Below are positions 16,486 through 25,148 of a stretch of DNA of 48,044 nt, in pieces. The DNA comes from a virus (lineage: Duplodnaviria > Caudoviricetes): positions 1 to 48,044 of the IMG/VR virus record IMGVR_UViG_3300043787_000001, one strand, 5' to 3'. Below the pieces are notes generated by a model. That model saw only the letters and a list, made by a program, of their open reading frames with translations. It made no database searches and was not told where the DNA came from. The position numbers were made by a program, and so were the translations under genes. Position 1 is the stretch's first letter, and each line of letters starts with the position of its first letter.

Positions 16486-17298
16486 TCACCCCTTCATTAG
16501 TTCCTGATACTGCCGTGACGCTTCAAGCGGGTCAACCGCAACGACCGTCACTTGCTGTGCGCCTTGTGCGTTCACTCCGACATTGACCGTTGTGCCCGGC
16601 GCGGTCGGTTCTTTGCCGATGCCGAACTCATTAGCCAGTATCTTGACCATTGCGTCCTGGTCGCGCGTCTTGACTTCGAAGCCATCCTTTGTCTGTTTCA
16701 CACCAGCGAACAAACGCCGCGCGCCGCCCTTCAGTTTCCGCGTGTCCTTGAAGACGGTATGCACATGTCCTTCGCCTAAACACTTTGGGCATTCCGGGTT
16801 CGGCCCGGCGAAGACATCGAAGCCATATCCGCCAGCATTGTCGGGCAGCGGCGGGCACTCCGGTTCGGGTCGCTTGCTACCTAGCTCCACATCGCGTTCC
16901 CATGCCTTGACAGCGGCGGCATGCTGGTCCATCACGTCGGCCAGTGCGAACCCGAACTCTGTCTCGTTTTTCCATTGGTATTTGTGCCCAACGCCCCAGC
17001 ACTGACGACAGCAACGAACCTGCACTTCTGACAGGTCAGTTGCACTTGCCGTTGCAATTTCCGTAATCAGGGCCAGTACGCCAGCACGATCAATGACGGC
17101 GGCATTTGTGGTCTGTTCGCGGATATCGCTCAAGCGCTCCGCAATCCGTCCGTTTTTCAACAACTCACGCGCGCGGTTATTGATCGTTGACGGAAGCATG
17201 GCCCCAACGTCATATGCACGCCGATACGCTTCAGTGGCATTACCCGTTTCGAGGTACGCCAACACAAACGCATCCTGTTTTGGTGTCAATTTCATCAC
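16486..17298 (-). CDS. terS: Terminase small subunit with Cys-rich insertion
   Basis: N-terminal LTPKQDAFVLAYLETGNATEAYRRAY HTH typical of Terminase_2; CCRQCWG and PECPKCLGEG; GVKQTKDG.EVK. Confidence 0.85.
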   Translation of the reverse strand: MMKLTPKQDAFVLAYLETGNATEAYRRAYDVGAMLPSTINNRARELLKNGRIAERLSDIREQTTNAAVIDRAGVLALITEIATASATDLSEVQVRCCRQCWGVGHKYQWKNETEFGFALADVMDQHAAAVKAWERDVELGSKRPEPECPPLPDNAGGYGFDVFAGPNPECPKCLGEGHVHTVFKDTRKLKGGARRLFAGVKQTKDGFEVKTRDQDAMVKILANEFGIGKEPTAPGTTVNVGVNAQGAQQVTVVAVDPLEASRQYQELMKG

Positions 17299-17311
17299 GT
17301 TATGCCCGTTT

Positions 17312-17448
17312 CCAGAACACAGAACTCACCGGAACGACCTGCCATAAAAGTCCTAGCCATATACACATATATACCTATATAACCACTATATAACCACTTT
17401 TGGATAGACGTTTTATACTGGGCTGTTCTGCTGTGTTCTGTGTTCTGG
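17312..17448. other. AT-rich intergenic element with inverted and tandem repeats (candidate origin or pac region)
   Basis: 14-bp inverted repeat at 17312-17325 and 17435-17448 flanks an AT-rich core with CTATATAACCA twice. Confidence 0.5.
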
Positions 17449-17457
17449 CGGTTGTTA

Positions 17458-20097
17458 TCATGCCAATGTCTGCAACGTTTCGAACGCATACAACTTGGCA
17501 AACGGTCGATAAGTTGCAAACGCATTGACGGTGTTATCTTTGCAAATCACGCCGGGCTTGAGCCAACCGTTGACGTTGCGAACCAGCCAGCAACGAACCT
17601 TGTTGCCGCGTTCGTCATACACCGCAGATTCAAGCGCCGTCATTCCCACGTCATCAAGCGCATGCCGCATTGCCGGGTTCAGCCGCTTTGCGGTAACGTC
17701 ACCTTCATGAAGAATGTTCACAAGGTCGGCAACCGTAATCAGGTCGCACGGCCAATGGTCAACAATCTGACGGGCCAACTTTTGAACGGGCGTCTTCGTT
17801 GCTGATATGGCTTTGCGCTTGGCATCGGTAACGGGCGGTCGCGCGCCGGGATTGAAGCGGCTGATGTCGCGTTGCTTTAGCCATGCGCCGACGCTATCAA
17901 CGAAGCCGGGATAGTCCAACAGGCTGTATAGCTGGGCGTAGACATGTTCTGGACGCGGCCCCGCTGTCAGGTGCTCAACATCCCATCGCCGGTCGCCGTC
18001 GTCCATAGGAATAGCGTTCTTGTGGTTGGAGAACAGCAACCATCGGCAACTGTTGTGTTCGGTATATTCCTTGCCGTACTTCGGTTTGATGTAGCGCGTT
18101 TCTTCGGTCAACATGTTACGAATGCGACCTTCTAACTGATAGGCATCTTCACGCGCACCTGTGCGAATTTCATCAACGATAGCGATGATGCGACCCGACA
18201 ACGCGCCGTTGAAATTGCCATTGATAAGTGCATCCATATCAACGCTGGGCGCAACGTATCCACGCCATAAGCGGCTGATTACCGATGCGACCCAATTGCG
18301 TCCGGTGCCGGTGCTATCGGCAATATGCAACCAGCCATGATGTGGCAGCACACCGGGGAACTGTTCAATGTGTGCAAGCCAATCAAGAAAGCGTTCAGCC
18401 GACGCGCCAAACAAATATTTAATCTGTTCATAGAACGGTGTCACATCAACCGTATAGAAGCGCTCCGGTCCTTTGCGCCACATGTTCAGCGCTGTACGCC
18501 CATTAGGGTCATAGGTCAGTACGTTGTCACCGGCCCTGAAGGTACGCGTTGCAACGGATGTACGGGCCGGATGCGTGCGCCACGCTTCGACGTGTTCAAC
18601 GGTGCTGCTGTCCGCAACCGTGCGTGACGCTGCCATGAGATTGCGAAAGTCACTCAACGAGAAACACACGGCGCGGTCGGTCTTGCTGCCAACCTGCGAA
18701 CCATCAGCAACGAACACGAATTCGTCAAGCATTTGCGCCGTTGTCATGACCGGCGTCAGCGTCGGCATGTCTTCTGGCAGGTTCAGCGCAACGTTCTGTT
18801 GGCGCTGCATTTCGCGGCGGTCAGGTGCCGGATGTGACGAACGCAACGCAACCATCTTGCGGCAATCGCTGATAGCCAGCTTGACGCCTTCAACCAGTTC
18901 GATGCAACGTTGGATGTGCGCCGCAAGAAGTTCGCGGTAGGTGCGGTCAATCGACAGGTCATAGCCTGCTTCTTCAGCGATAGCCTTGACGGTATGTACG
19001 TCGCTGGCGGCGGCGATACGATCGTAAAACGCCTGATAGCCTGTCTGCGCCTGTTGCTTCACTTCTTCGTTGGCGTCGGCCGCGTTCCACTTGCGTACAT
19101 TGGTCATCTTGGCGCACGCGCGCATGATGTCCCAATGCATATACGTCACTTCGTTGGAGTGGTACTGGTCCGCTTTAGTGCGACGGAACGCGGCACGGTC
19201 CATCAGTCGTTCTATGCGGGGGCAGTCCTTGCCGGTCCACATCGCAAGACGGCACGCAAGCGCAAACGCGGCGTCACTGCGGTCGAACTCGTCACCCTTG
19301 TCACTGGGCCATGCCTGTGACAGCACTGCCACGTTGGCGTTGAACAGGTCGGCGTTTGCGACAGGCACACGTTCATCACGGGGCACGTCGCCGCGCAATG
19401 AACCAAACGCCTGTTGTGCGTCAACGCGTGGTTGTGACGCGGGTGCCGACAGGAACGCGCGCAACAGGTCGTCATCGCTTGCGGGCACGTTGCCAGCTTC
19501 AGCAATCGGGCCGACGTTCCAGCGCAACGGCGCGTTATCGTCAATCAGTTGTGCCGGGAAACGACTAGATATAAAGCCAGCAAGGACATGTCCGCTGTTA
19601 TGTGCAGCATTGCCGATTGCGTTGGTGCCAGTAAGAGCAACAAAGCGTCCACGGTGATAACACTCCACGCCACCACGCTTGCGACCCGAAAACCCCAACG
19701 GTACATCGCCCGTTGTGAAGATGTGCAGACCCTCACCGCTTTGCGACACTTCGACCGCAGCGCCTGCAAACTGTGCGCAAATAGCTTTAGCATCGTCGGT
19801 CCAGTCCGCACCGTTGCGGCAGTGGTCAATGTCAATGAAGGTGAACGGGTCGGTTTCGTTGAGAACGAACGCCACGCCCATTTGCCATGCGTTTGCATAC
19901 GTCAATGCTTCTTCAGCCGTACACCAGTCGGCCGGGTTGGTGCTGCTGCCGCGCTTGCTGGTCCTGATGCTATACGGTACTTTCGTCGGGCGTCCGGTGT
20001 CATCGGATTCAAGACGCCACAACATGAACTGCGGATACTGCGCCATTGGGGCAAGCGGCCCTGCAAGCGCGGTGCGCAAGGCTTCGATATTGTGCAT
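17458..20097 (-). CDS. Primase-helicase (AEP/PrimPol N-terminus, DUF5906/D5-like SF3 helicase C-terminus)
   Basis: FIDID, SQSGEGLH and RFVALTG AEP motifs; STGTGRN Walker A variant, IVDE Walker B, FSNH and DRRW. Confidence 0.88.
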   Translation of the reverse strand: MHNIEALRTALAGPLAPMAQYPQFMLWRLESDDTGRPTKVPYSIRTSKRGSSTNPADWCTAEEALTYANAWQMGVAFVLNETDPFTFIDIDHCRNGADWTDDAKAICAQFAGAAVEVSQSGEGLHIFTTGDVPLGFSGRKRGGVECYHRGRFVALTGTNAIGNAAHNSGHVLAGFISSRFPAQLIDDNAPLRWNVGPIAEAGNVPASDDDLLRAFLSAPASQPRVDAQQAFGSLRGDVPRDERVPVANADLFNANVAVLSQAWPSDKGDEFDRSDAAFALACRLAMWTGKDCPRIERLMDRAAFRRTKADQYHSNEVTYMHWDIMRACAKMTNVRKWNAADANEEVKQQAQTGYQAFYDRIAAASDVHTVKAIAEEAGYDLSIDRTYRELLAAHIQRCIELVEGVKLAISDCRKMVALRSSHPAPDRREMQRQQNVALNLPEDMPTLTPVMTTAQMLDEFVFVADGSQVGSKTDRAVCFSLSDFRNLMAASRTVADSSTVEHVEAWRTHPARTSVATRTFRAGDNVLTYDPNGRTALNMWRKGPERFYTVDVTPFYEQIKYLFGASAERFLDWLAHIEQFPGVLPHHGWLHIADSTGTGRNWVASVISRLWRGYVAPSVDMDALINGNFNGALSGRIIAIVDEIRTGAREDAYQLEGRIRNMLTEETRYIKPKYGKEYTEHNSCRWLLFSNHKNAIPMDDGDRRWDVEHLTAGPRPEHVYAQLYSLLDYPGFVDSVGAWLKQRDISRFNPGARPPVTDAKRKAISATKTPVQKLARQIVDHWPCDLITVADLVNILHEGDVTAKRLNPAMRHALDDVGMTALESAVYDERGNKVRCWLVRNVNGWLKPGVICKDNTVNAFATYRPFAKLYAFETLQTLA

Positions 20098-20118
20098 TTG
20101 TGGTACGTCCTGCGAAAG

Positions 20119-20298
20119 TTAGCGAACGCCCTTGACGTTGTGTTTTTCTGCCAGTGCTGCGATTGCATGCCGATACAGGTCAGCCGTGTTGATGCGCACG
20201 CCGATGGCTTTCTCCGTTGCTTCGACTACCTTGGCGTAGTTTTGTTTGTCTTGCTCGTCCAGGCGCACCGATACAAAGTTGGGGGGAATGACTTGCAT
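20119..20298 (-). CDS. Small putative DNA-binding protein (ribbon-helix-helix-like)
   Basis: GGAG RBS; FVSVRLDE strand followed by two helices (NTADLYRHAI). Confidence 0.55.
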   Translation of the reverse strand: MQVIPPNFVSVRLDEQDKQNYAKVVEATEKAIGVRINTADLYRHAIAALAEKHNVKGVR

Positions 20299-20358
20299 TT
20301 GCGAATGCTCCAAAAAGTTAAACAATGTGTGACAACGTACAGAAGTCTAACACAAAGC

Positions 20359-20383
20359 AAAACGCCCGCAAGGTGCGGGCGTT
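20359..20383 (-). terminator. Rho-independent terminator
   Basis: AACGCCCGCA/TGCGGGCGTT inverted repeat with T run on the minus strand. Confidence 0.75.
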
Positions 20384-20409
20384 GTATGTGCGACAAGTAA
20401 CGGTCGGGT

Positions 20410-20511
20410 TTAGTCGTGCCAAACGGCCCATAAAAATATGAGCGCTGCTGCCAAGTACCAGTTGCCATAACCGGCAGCGATTGCGGCGAAGATGACGAAT
20501 AGCATTTGCAT
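20410..20511 (-). CDS. 33-aa hydrophobic membrane microprotein
   Basis: TAATG overlap; MQMLFVIFAAIAAGYGNWYLAAALIFLWAVWHD. Confidence 0.55.
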   Translation of the reverse strand: MQMLFVIFAAIAAGYGNWYLAAALIFLWAVWHD

Positions 20512-20708
20512 TACTCCACAATGGCGGCGAGCGGCGCAAATGCTGCGATGCCCCCGCACGGGTGAATGACGAAACGCGGCATGCCGTAGTCATAGCCGTT
20601 CATGACTGCTGATAGCAGTTCGACAGGTGCTGACGGCATGCCGGGTTTAACCGTTATGTCACCTTCAACAGTCTTGCTGCACATCAAGCATTTGTAGATG
20701 GCTTTCAT
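20511..20708 (-). CDS. Small hypothetical protein with CxxC
   Basis: 65 aa; YKCLMC...HPC; ATGA overlap. Confidence 0.6.
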   Translation of the reverse strand: MKAIYKCLMCSKTVEGDITVKPGMPSAPVELLSAVMNGYDYGMPRFVIHPCGGIAAFAPLAAIVE

Positions 20709-20884
20709 TCTTTGGGTTCCAAACGATAGTACGGTGAACCGGCGCGCATGTCGCCGTCACAACCGTCATTGTGCGGTTCATGGATGACGCACTCGAACTC
20801 ACATGTTGTGATGGTGTGAAAGCACTTGTTGCACGTCCAGTCACGAACTAGCGTCTTCGTCCAACGTTGGTCAATTTGTACCAT
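20705..20884 (-). CDS. Small Cys/His-rich hypothetical protein
   Basis: Likely start MVQIDQ; WTCNKC...H...C. Confidence 0.55.
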   Translation of the reverse strand: MVQIDQRWTKTLVRDWTCNKCFHTITTCEFECVIHEPHNDGCDGDMRAGSPYYRLEPKE

Positions 20885-21305
20885 CTTCGTCACCTGTGAA
20901 CGGGATGGGCGGGGCGATGTCGTACGGCATGCGCTTCGTATGTTCCATGTCACCGGCAAGACCTTGCCACGCAACGATGCTGCCAGCGTGGAACAGCACC
21001 GGCCCGTTGCGCCACACGTCGCCGTCGAATGTAACGTATGTCTTCGACCAGTTGCCGTTCGAGTAGCGCACGCGGTAGTCACCGACGCGGTACGGCTTGT
21101 GCTCCGGGTAATCGTAAATCTGCGACAGCTTTGCCAGCGGTGAACCCGGTACCTTAAGACGAATGTTGTTCTTTTCGTCCACTTCGTGCAAAGCGCCGCA
21201 AATCATGCACTTCTGCACTTGCGGGCCGTGTGCGCGAATAAAAGTATGAAAGTGAATCGACACCTTCATTGGTTCCTGACAGGTCAAACAGTTGTAGTTC
21301 TTCAT
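20871..21305 (-). CDS. Hypothetical protein with N-terminal zinc ribbon
   Basis: CLTC...CMIC; ATGA overlap. Confidence 0.7.
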   Translation of the reverse strand: MKNYNCLTCQEPMKVSIHFHTFIRAHGPQVQKCMICGALHEVDEKNNIRLKVPGSPLAKLSQIYDYPEHKPYRVGDYRVRYSNGNWSKTYVTFDGDVWRNGPVLFHAGSIVAWQGLAGDMEHTKRMPYDIAPPIPFTGDEDGTN

Positions 21306-21520
21306 AATTTGTATTTTTCCGCAGTGAACAGTTCAAGAAGGCGGATGTTTTCGGCGCTGTAGGTCATGCTGCGAATAATTGCGCACGCTGCTTCAAGACC
21401 AGCGCGACGGCCGACGTTAAAGCCCGATTCATAGGCAGCGTCCAGACCTTTGGTTATATGGTCTGGACGCTGCGACGGTAGAAAATCATGCTTCGGTATA
21501 GGGTTTGATTGCGTCATCAT
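21302..21520 (-). CDS. Hypothetical protein
   Basis: Likely start MMTQSN; AYESGF..G motif. Confidence 0.55.
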   Translation of the reverse strand: MMTQSNPIPKHDFLPSQRPDHITKGLDAAYESGFNVGRRAGLEAACAIIRSMTYSAENIRLLELFTAEKYKL

Positions 21521-21935
21521 AGTATCCACAGAAAGCGTCAACAATAGCGTGACGCATTGCGATTGCGGTATTGGCATGCACGTCACGGTGCCACTTGCGC
21601 GCCCCAATCTGCACGCGTACATCAGCGCTGCTATGCACGATGCGGATGACGGCCGGGAATCGGACCCAACCAAGTAGTTCAAGCTGGTCAATCGCAACCG
21701 CCTTTACGTTGGCTTGCAAGAAGCCATACGTACGCGCATGGCCCAACGCTTCAAGCGTATGAAGGGTAACGTTCTCCGGGTCAAAGTAATACTTGTCGCT
21801 TTCTTTGAACTCAACCAGCAAGCCTTCGCGGTCGGCGTTCAACATGACGGATGCGCCGACGCACAATGCGACCTTGGCGGCGCGTTGAAGATGGTGCGGT
21901 GCCTGGTCGGCCCGCACGATGCTAGTCGTTTCCAT
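21486..21935 (-). CDS. Hypothetical protein
   Basis: GGGG RBS before METTSIV. Confidence 0.65.
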   Translation of the reverse strand: METTSIVRADQAPHHLQRAAKVALCVGASVMLNADREGLLVEFKESDKYYFDPENVTLHTLEALGHARTYGFLQANVKAVAIDQLELLGWVRFPAVIRIVHSSADVRVQIGARKWHRDVHANTAIAMRHAIVDAFCGYYDDAIKPYTEA

Positions 21936-22143
21936 TTTGAACCCCCGTTGCAAGATAATCGAGCGACACGTTAAGCGCACGACCAATTTCGATAAAGGTG
22001 AACATGTTGCATCCGCCAAGGTCAGCTTCAATACGCCTGACAGTCGTATGCGTGCAATGAATCTTGTCAGCAAGTTCACGTTGTAAAAGGCCCGCGTCGT
22101 TGCGTAGACGCCGAACACGCTGCCCGATTGATTCCTGTTTCAT
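21922..22143 (-). CDS. XRE/Cro-family helix-turn-helix regulator
   Basis: IGQRVRRLRNDAGLLQRELADKI...VRRIE...ALNVSLDYL is a typical HTH_3 pattern. Confidence 0.85.
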   Translation of the reverse strand: MKQESIGQRVRRLRNDAGLLQRELADKIHCTHTTVRRIEADLGGCNMFTFIEIGRALNVSLDYLATGVQNGND

Positions 22144-22328
22144 TTCGGTAACTTCGCTTTCTGTCCGCAATACCACGCGTACGGCGGGCGTTGGGTGAAT
22201 GGCGCAATCTTCCATGCGGTAAATCCGGGGCCGTTGTGACGGCGATGGCGTTGAAACCACACGCCGTCATCACGACATGCGCATTGCCTGCGTACCGGAT
22301 TGCCCATGTTGTAGATGTGCGCCAGCAT
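22140..22328 (-). CDS. Small hypothetical protein
   Basis: 62 aa; ATGA overlap with the HTH gene; GGAG upstream. Confidence 0.55.
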   Translation of the reverse strand: MLAHIYNMGNPVRRQCACRDDGVWFQRHRRHNGPGFTAWKIAPFTQRPPYAWYCGQKAKLPK

Positions 22329-22330
22329 GG

Positions 22331-22510
22331 TCAGATTCGCCGCTCCATGCGTTCGAACATACGGACGCGGGCCAGTTTGGTCATACGCGTATCGGCGTCG
22401 GCCGACTGCATTGCCTGCGCCTTGTTGAAGCGCGCCAGCGTGTTTGCAACGTCGGGTTGCTTCAACAAGAAAGCAACTTCAGCGTCAGTCAGTTTGATAG
22501 GGTTGGTCAT
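22331..22510 (-). CDS. Small hypothetical protein, 59 aa
   Basis: GGAG RBS; MTNPIKLTDAEVAFLLKQ...ERRI. Confidence 0.6.
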   Translation of the reverse strand: MTNPIKLTDAEVAFLLKQPDVANTLARFNKAQAMQSADADTRMTKLARVRMFERMERRI

Positions 22511-22680
22511 GACGCGTCTTGCTCCGGTCGAATGGTGATGGACGTTGCGCCGTCGTCAAGCATTTGTTGTGCGAACGCAAACGCGTTGTCACGGTCGCTG
22601 AAACGTTGCTTGCGTTCCGGCGTCATCACGTTACCCTTGACATCCACGGGCGGGAACTTCGCCTTAACGAAGAACTTCAT
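22507..22680 (-). CDS. Small hypothetical protein, 57 aa
   Basis: ATGA overlaps on both sides; MKFFVKAKFPP...EQDAS. Confidence 0.6.
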   Translation of the reverse strand: MKFFVKAKFPPVDVKGNVMTPERKQRFSDRDNAFAFAQQMLDDGATSITIRPEQDAS

Positions 22681-23828
22681 GCTGCCGCCCTTACTGGTTC
22701 GATAACCACGCCGCGAACACCGGCAAGATGACGGCGCACATACTTAAGAGCATCACCACGGCTTGCAAAATCGATAAGCACGCCCCAACAACCGGACGAC
22801 GTTTTGATGCAAAACCGGCCGGGTTGCCCGGTCTCCTTTCTAACGGGCAACTTCGCTAGTTCGTCAAGAAGCGCGCCGGTCGCAACGACTGGCATCAATG
22901 CGGTATCGTAAATGGGTAACGGTCGGGAGTTTGCAAAACCGTGCTGCAGTCCGTTCTCATGACCGAACAACAGCAAGTTGCGATATGCATGGTCTGATTG
23001 TCCAGGGCCGCGAATCGGAATATGCCCACAACCCGACATTGACCGCACCGCGTAAGCTATGCCATCAAGCACCCGACCGCCAGCCAGTTCAACCGCACGG
23101 ATGAATTCGCGCGGTTGCTGCTTATACATGCGCTTGTATTCGGCCTGCCAGTACGCGCCAAACGGGTCGTCAAGGTCATTCAGGTCGCGCACCGCAGCGC
23201 GGATATCGGGCGGCGGTGCGCCGGTCACGCTGGCTTTAGCGCGCTTAACCTGACCGTCAACAACGTCACGCGGGTCGAACGACATGGACAGGCTGAAATG
23301 GCCGTCATCATACATGCCGATGCTGTTGCGAATGCCGAGCGGGTATGCGTCATACGTCGCATCGCTAGGTACGCCCTGGCGGATTGGTTCACTTTCAAAG
23401 CCGTCAGTCAGTGCGCCACCAATACGGGGTTCAGTGTGGATTGCGGCGTCTTTGCGCACGCACTGTTGATGCCATGCGCATTCGGGTTCATCGGTACATT
23501 CCGCACAGCCAACCATACCTTTTTGAACCTTGGTGCCGGTGTTGGGAAATACGTTCACTTCTGCGCCAGCGTCTTGCGCTTCGACAACCGATGATTCGGT
23601 AATTGCGACGATGCCGCCAGCAACTGACGCGGGAACAATCTTGTCAGAATCGCGCAATGTGTTTATGACAACGCGCATTTCATTCAACAGCGCCATGTAT
23701 CCGCCGCGCTCGAACGTTGTGCCGCTGCCGATGTGAGTGCAACTGTAGCGCTTGCCGATGGGCGTGATGCTGAAGCCGTACTGTGCCGCATAGTCTTTGG
23801 CAAGTTGTGCCGGGCTTTTGTTTTCCAT
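22677..23828 (-). CDS. Hypothetical protein (~383 aa, internal Cys cluster)
   Basis: AAGGA RBS before MENKSP; CAEC..EPEC..HQQC. Confidence 0.7.
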   Translation of the reverse strand: MENKSPAQLAKDYAAQYGFSITPIGKRYSCTHIGSGTTFERGGYMALLNEMRVVINTLRDSDKIVPASVAGGIVAITESSVVEAQDAGAEVNVFPNTGTKVQKGMVGCAECTDEPECAWHQQCVRKDAAIHTEPRIGGALTDGFESEPIRQGVPSDATYDAYPLGIRNSIGMYDDGHFSLSMSFDPRDVVDGQVKRAKASVTGAPPPDIRAAVRDLNDLDDPFGAYWQAEYKRMYKQQPREFIRAVELAGGRVLDGIAYAVRSMSGCGHIPIRGPGQSDHAYRNLLLFGHENGLQHGFANSRPLPIYDTALMPVVATGALLDELAKLPVRKETGQPGRFCIKTSSGCWGVLIDFASRGDALKYVRRHLAGVRGVVIEPVRAAA

Positions 23829-23844
23829 GATGGTTCCTTTGGGG

Positions 23845-24198
23845 TTAGTTGAGTCGGTCGCGCAACGTGCAGAACGCTTGTGTGTCGGCGTCGTCACCAT
23901 GACCGCCGCGACATTGAAGGTCCAACCAGTTACGCAGTTTGTCAATACGCGGGTCGCGCCCCTGTACGCCGTTGTATGACTCGTTCGGGTTGGTCGTCAT
24001 CACGTCGTAATACCTTACGCCGTCGATGTCGGTAACAGTCTTGATGCCTGCCGCGTTGGCGGGTTGTGTGTTGACAATCCACACGGCCAGCACCGCCAGC
24101 AATACCGCACTGTGGAATTTGTCCATCAGCGCCGCGAAGATGAACAGGAACGCGCACAGCAGACACAGCAGAACAATCACGATGGGGAGTAGTAACAT
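23845..24198 (-). CDS. Membrane/exported hypothetical protein
   Basis: GGAG RBS; two hydrophobic segments, ANA site and a C-terminal Cys pair. Confidence 0.65.
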   Translation of the reverse strand: MLLLPIVIVLLCLLCAFLFIFAALMDKFHSAVLLAVLAVWIVNTQPANAAGIKTVTDIDGVRYYDVMTTNPNESYNGVQGRDPRIDKLRNWLDLQCRGGHGDDADTQAFCTLRDRLN

Positions 24199-24229
24199 TT
24201 TTAGCTCCGTTTGGTTGACAACTGACGGA

Positions 24230-24259
24230 AGTATAAAACCGTTACTTTGTAGATGGCAA
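24230..24259 (-). promoter_or_regulatory. Sigma70-type promoter with operator half-site
   Basis: TTGCCA-18 nt-TATACT; spacer contains AGTAACGGTT. Confidence 0.8.
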
Positions 24260-24270
24260 GAACAAAATGC

Positions 24271-24294
24271 AAAGGGCCGCATATAGCGGCCCTT
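24271..24294 (-). terminator. Rho-independent terminator
   Basis: AAGGGCCGC/GCGGCCCTT inverted repeat with T-rich tail. Confidence 0.7.
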
Positions 24295-24316
24295 GTGGTG
24301 TACATGCAACGCCCCG

Positions 24317-24613
24317 TCAGTGTAGGCGCTTCACTTCAGCGGCGAGCGTTCGCGGCATGGATGGCAATTCATAGTGTTCAGAAGCTGCCGCCAGCGTCTT
24401 GGCATCCTTCAGTTCGACCGCATGGGCCAGTACGGCGGCGCGCAAGCCTTCACGGTCGCCAAAGTAGCGATTGATAAGACCATCGCTTACGCCCGTTTCG
24501 CGGGCAATCGCGGCGCGTGTCACCTTGCGGATTCCCTTGGTTCGGGCAATGGTGTAACCCGTCTTGACCAGTTGCGCGGTTCGTTCGTCAGCGCTCATTC
24601 GTTCGTTCGCCAT
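24317..24613 (-). CDS. Short TetR-family HTH regulator
   Basis: VTRAAIARETGVSDGLINRYFG matches the TetR N-terminal HTH. Confidence 0.8.
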   Translation of the reverse strand: MANERMSADERTAQLVKTGYTIARTKGIRKVTRAAIARETGVSDGLINRYFGDREGLRAAVLAHAVELKDAKTLAAASEHYELPSMPRTLAAEVKRLH

Positions 24614-24653
24614 GCTTTTATCACTCCATTAGTTACGGTTAGGTGCTGCGATG

Positions 24654-25148
24654 TTACAAGGTTCCGGGGCCGGTGGCAAATGCCGCGTCACAACCGTCAG
24701 CAATCGCCAGCTTCAGAAAGTTGAATTGCGCCGCTTCGTGTTTGTCGGTCGGGCTGAACTTCCAGCCTTCATGCTTAATCTCACGCATGCACGCTTGACC
24801 GATGACCATACCAACCATGTCGGGCGTTATCAGGCGCTTGCGCCAGCCAATCAGGTCGGGCGATTTAAGGATAGCGTTCGCCTGCTTTGATTCGTTCGCC
24901 AGTCCATACCGCACAACCCGGCCGTCAGCGTCTTCAAACGCCCCGCTGTTGTTGCGAAACAGTCTGATACGCAAATTCGCCGCTTCAAGGCGCACAAGCG
25001 ATTGCTGCCGCCCTTCGCTGCCTGGCGGGTCGCGGTTGTCGGGAACGCCCATTGCACCCAACGCCGTTACGCCCATGCACGCCTTAAGTTCTTCAAGCGC
25101 TGCCGGTGCGATGTTGTGCCGCCGCGCCCATTCGTCAATTGATATCAT
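24654..25148 (-). CDS. VRR-NUC-like PD-(D/E)xK nuclease (putative resolvase)
   Basis: SE..QQ, RLFRNNSG, VRYGL, SPDLIG and EIK motifs. Confidence 0.75.
   Translation of the reverse strand: MISIDEWARRHNIAPAALEELKACMGVTALGAMGVPDNRDPPGSEGRQQSLVRLEAANLRIRLFRNNSGAFEDADGRVVRYGLANESKQANAILKSPDLIGWRKRLITPDMVGMVIGQACMREIKHEGWKFSPTDKHEAAQFNFLKLAIADGCDAAFATGPGTL

Noticed and set aside
17295-17525. 76-aa ORF across the terS-primase gap
   Set aside because: Low-complexity repeat-rich sequence with no RBS; better explained as a cis element
21922-22143. CI repressor of a lysogeny switch
   Set aside because: No S24 peptidase domain, no divergent cro arrangement and no integrase
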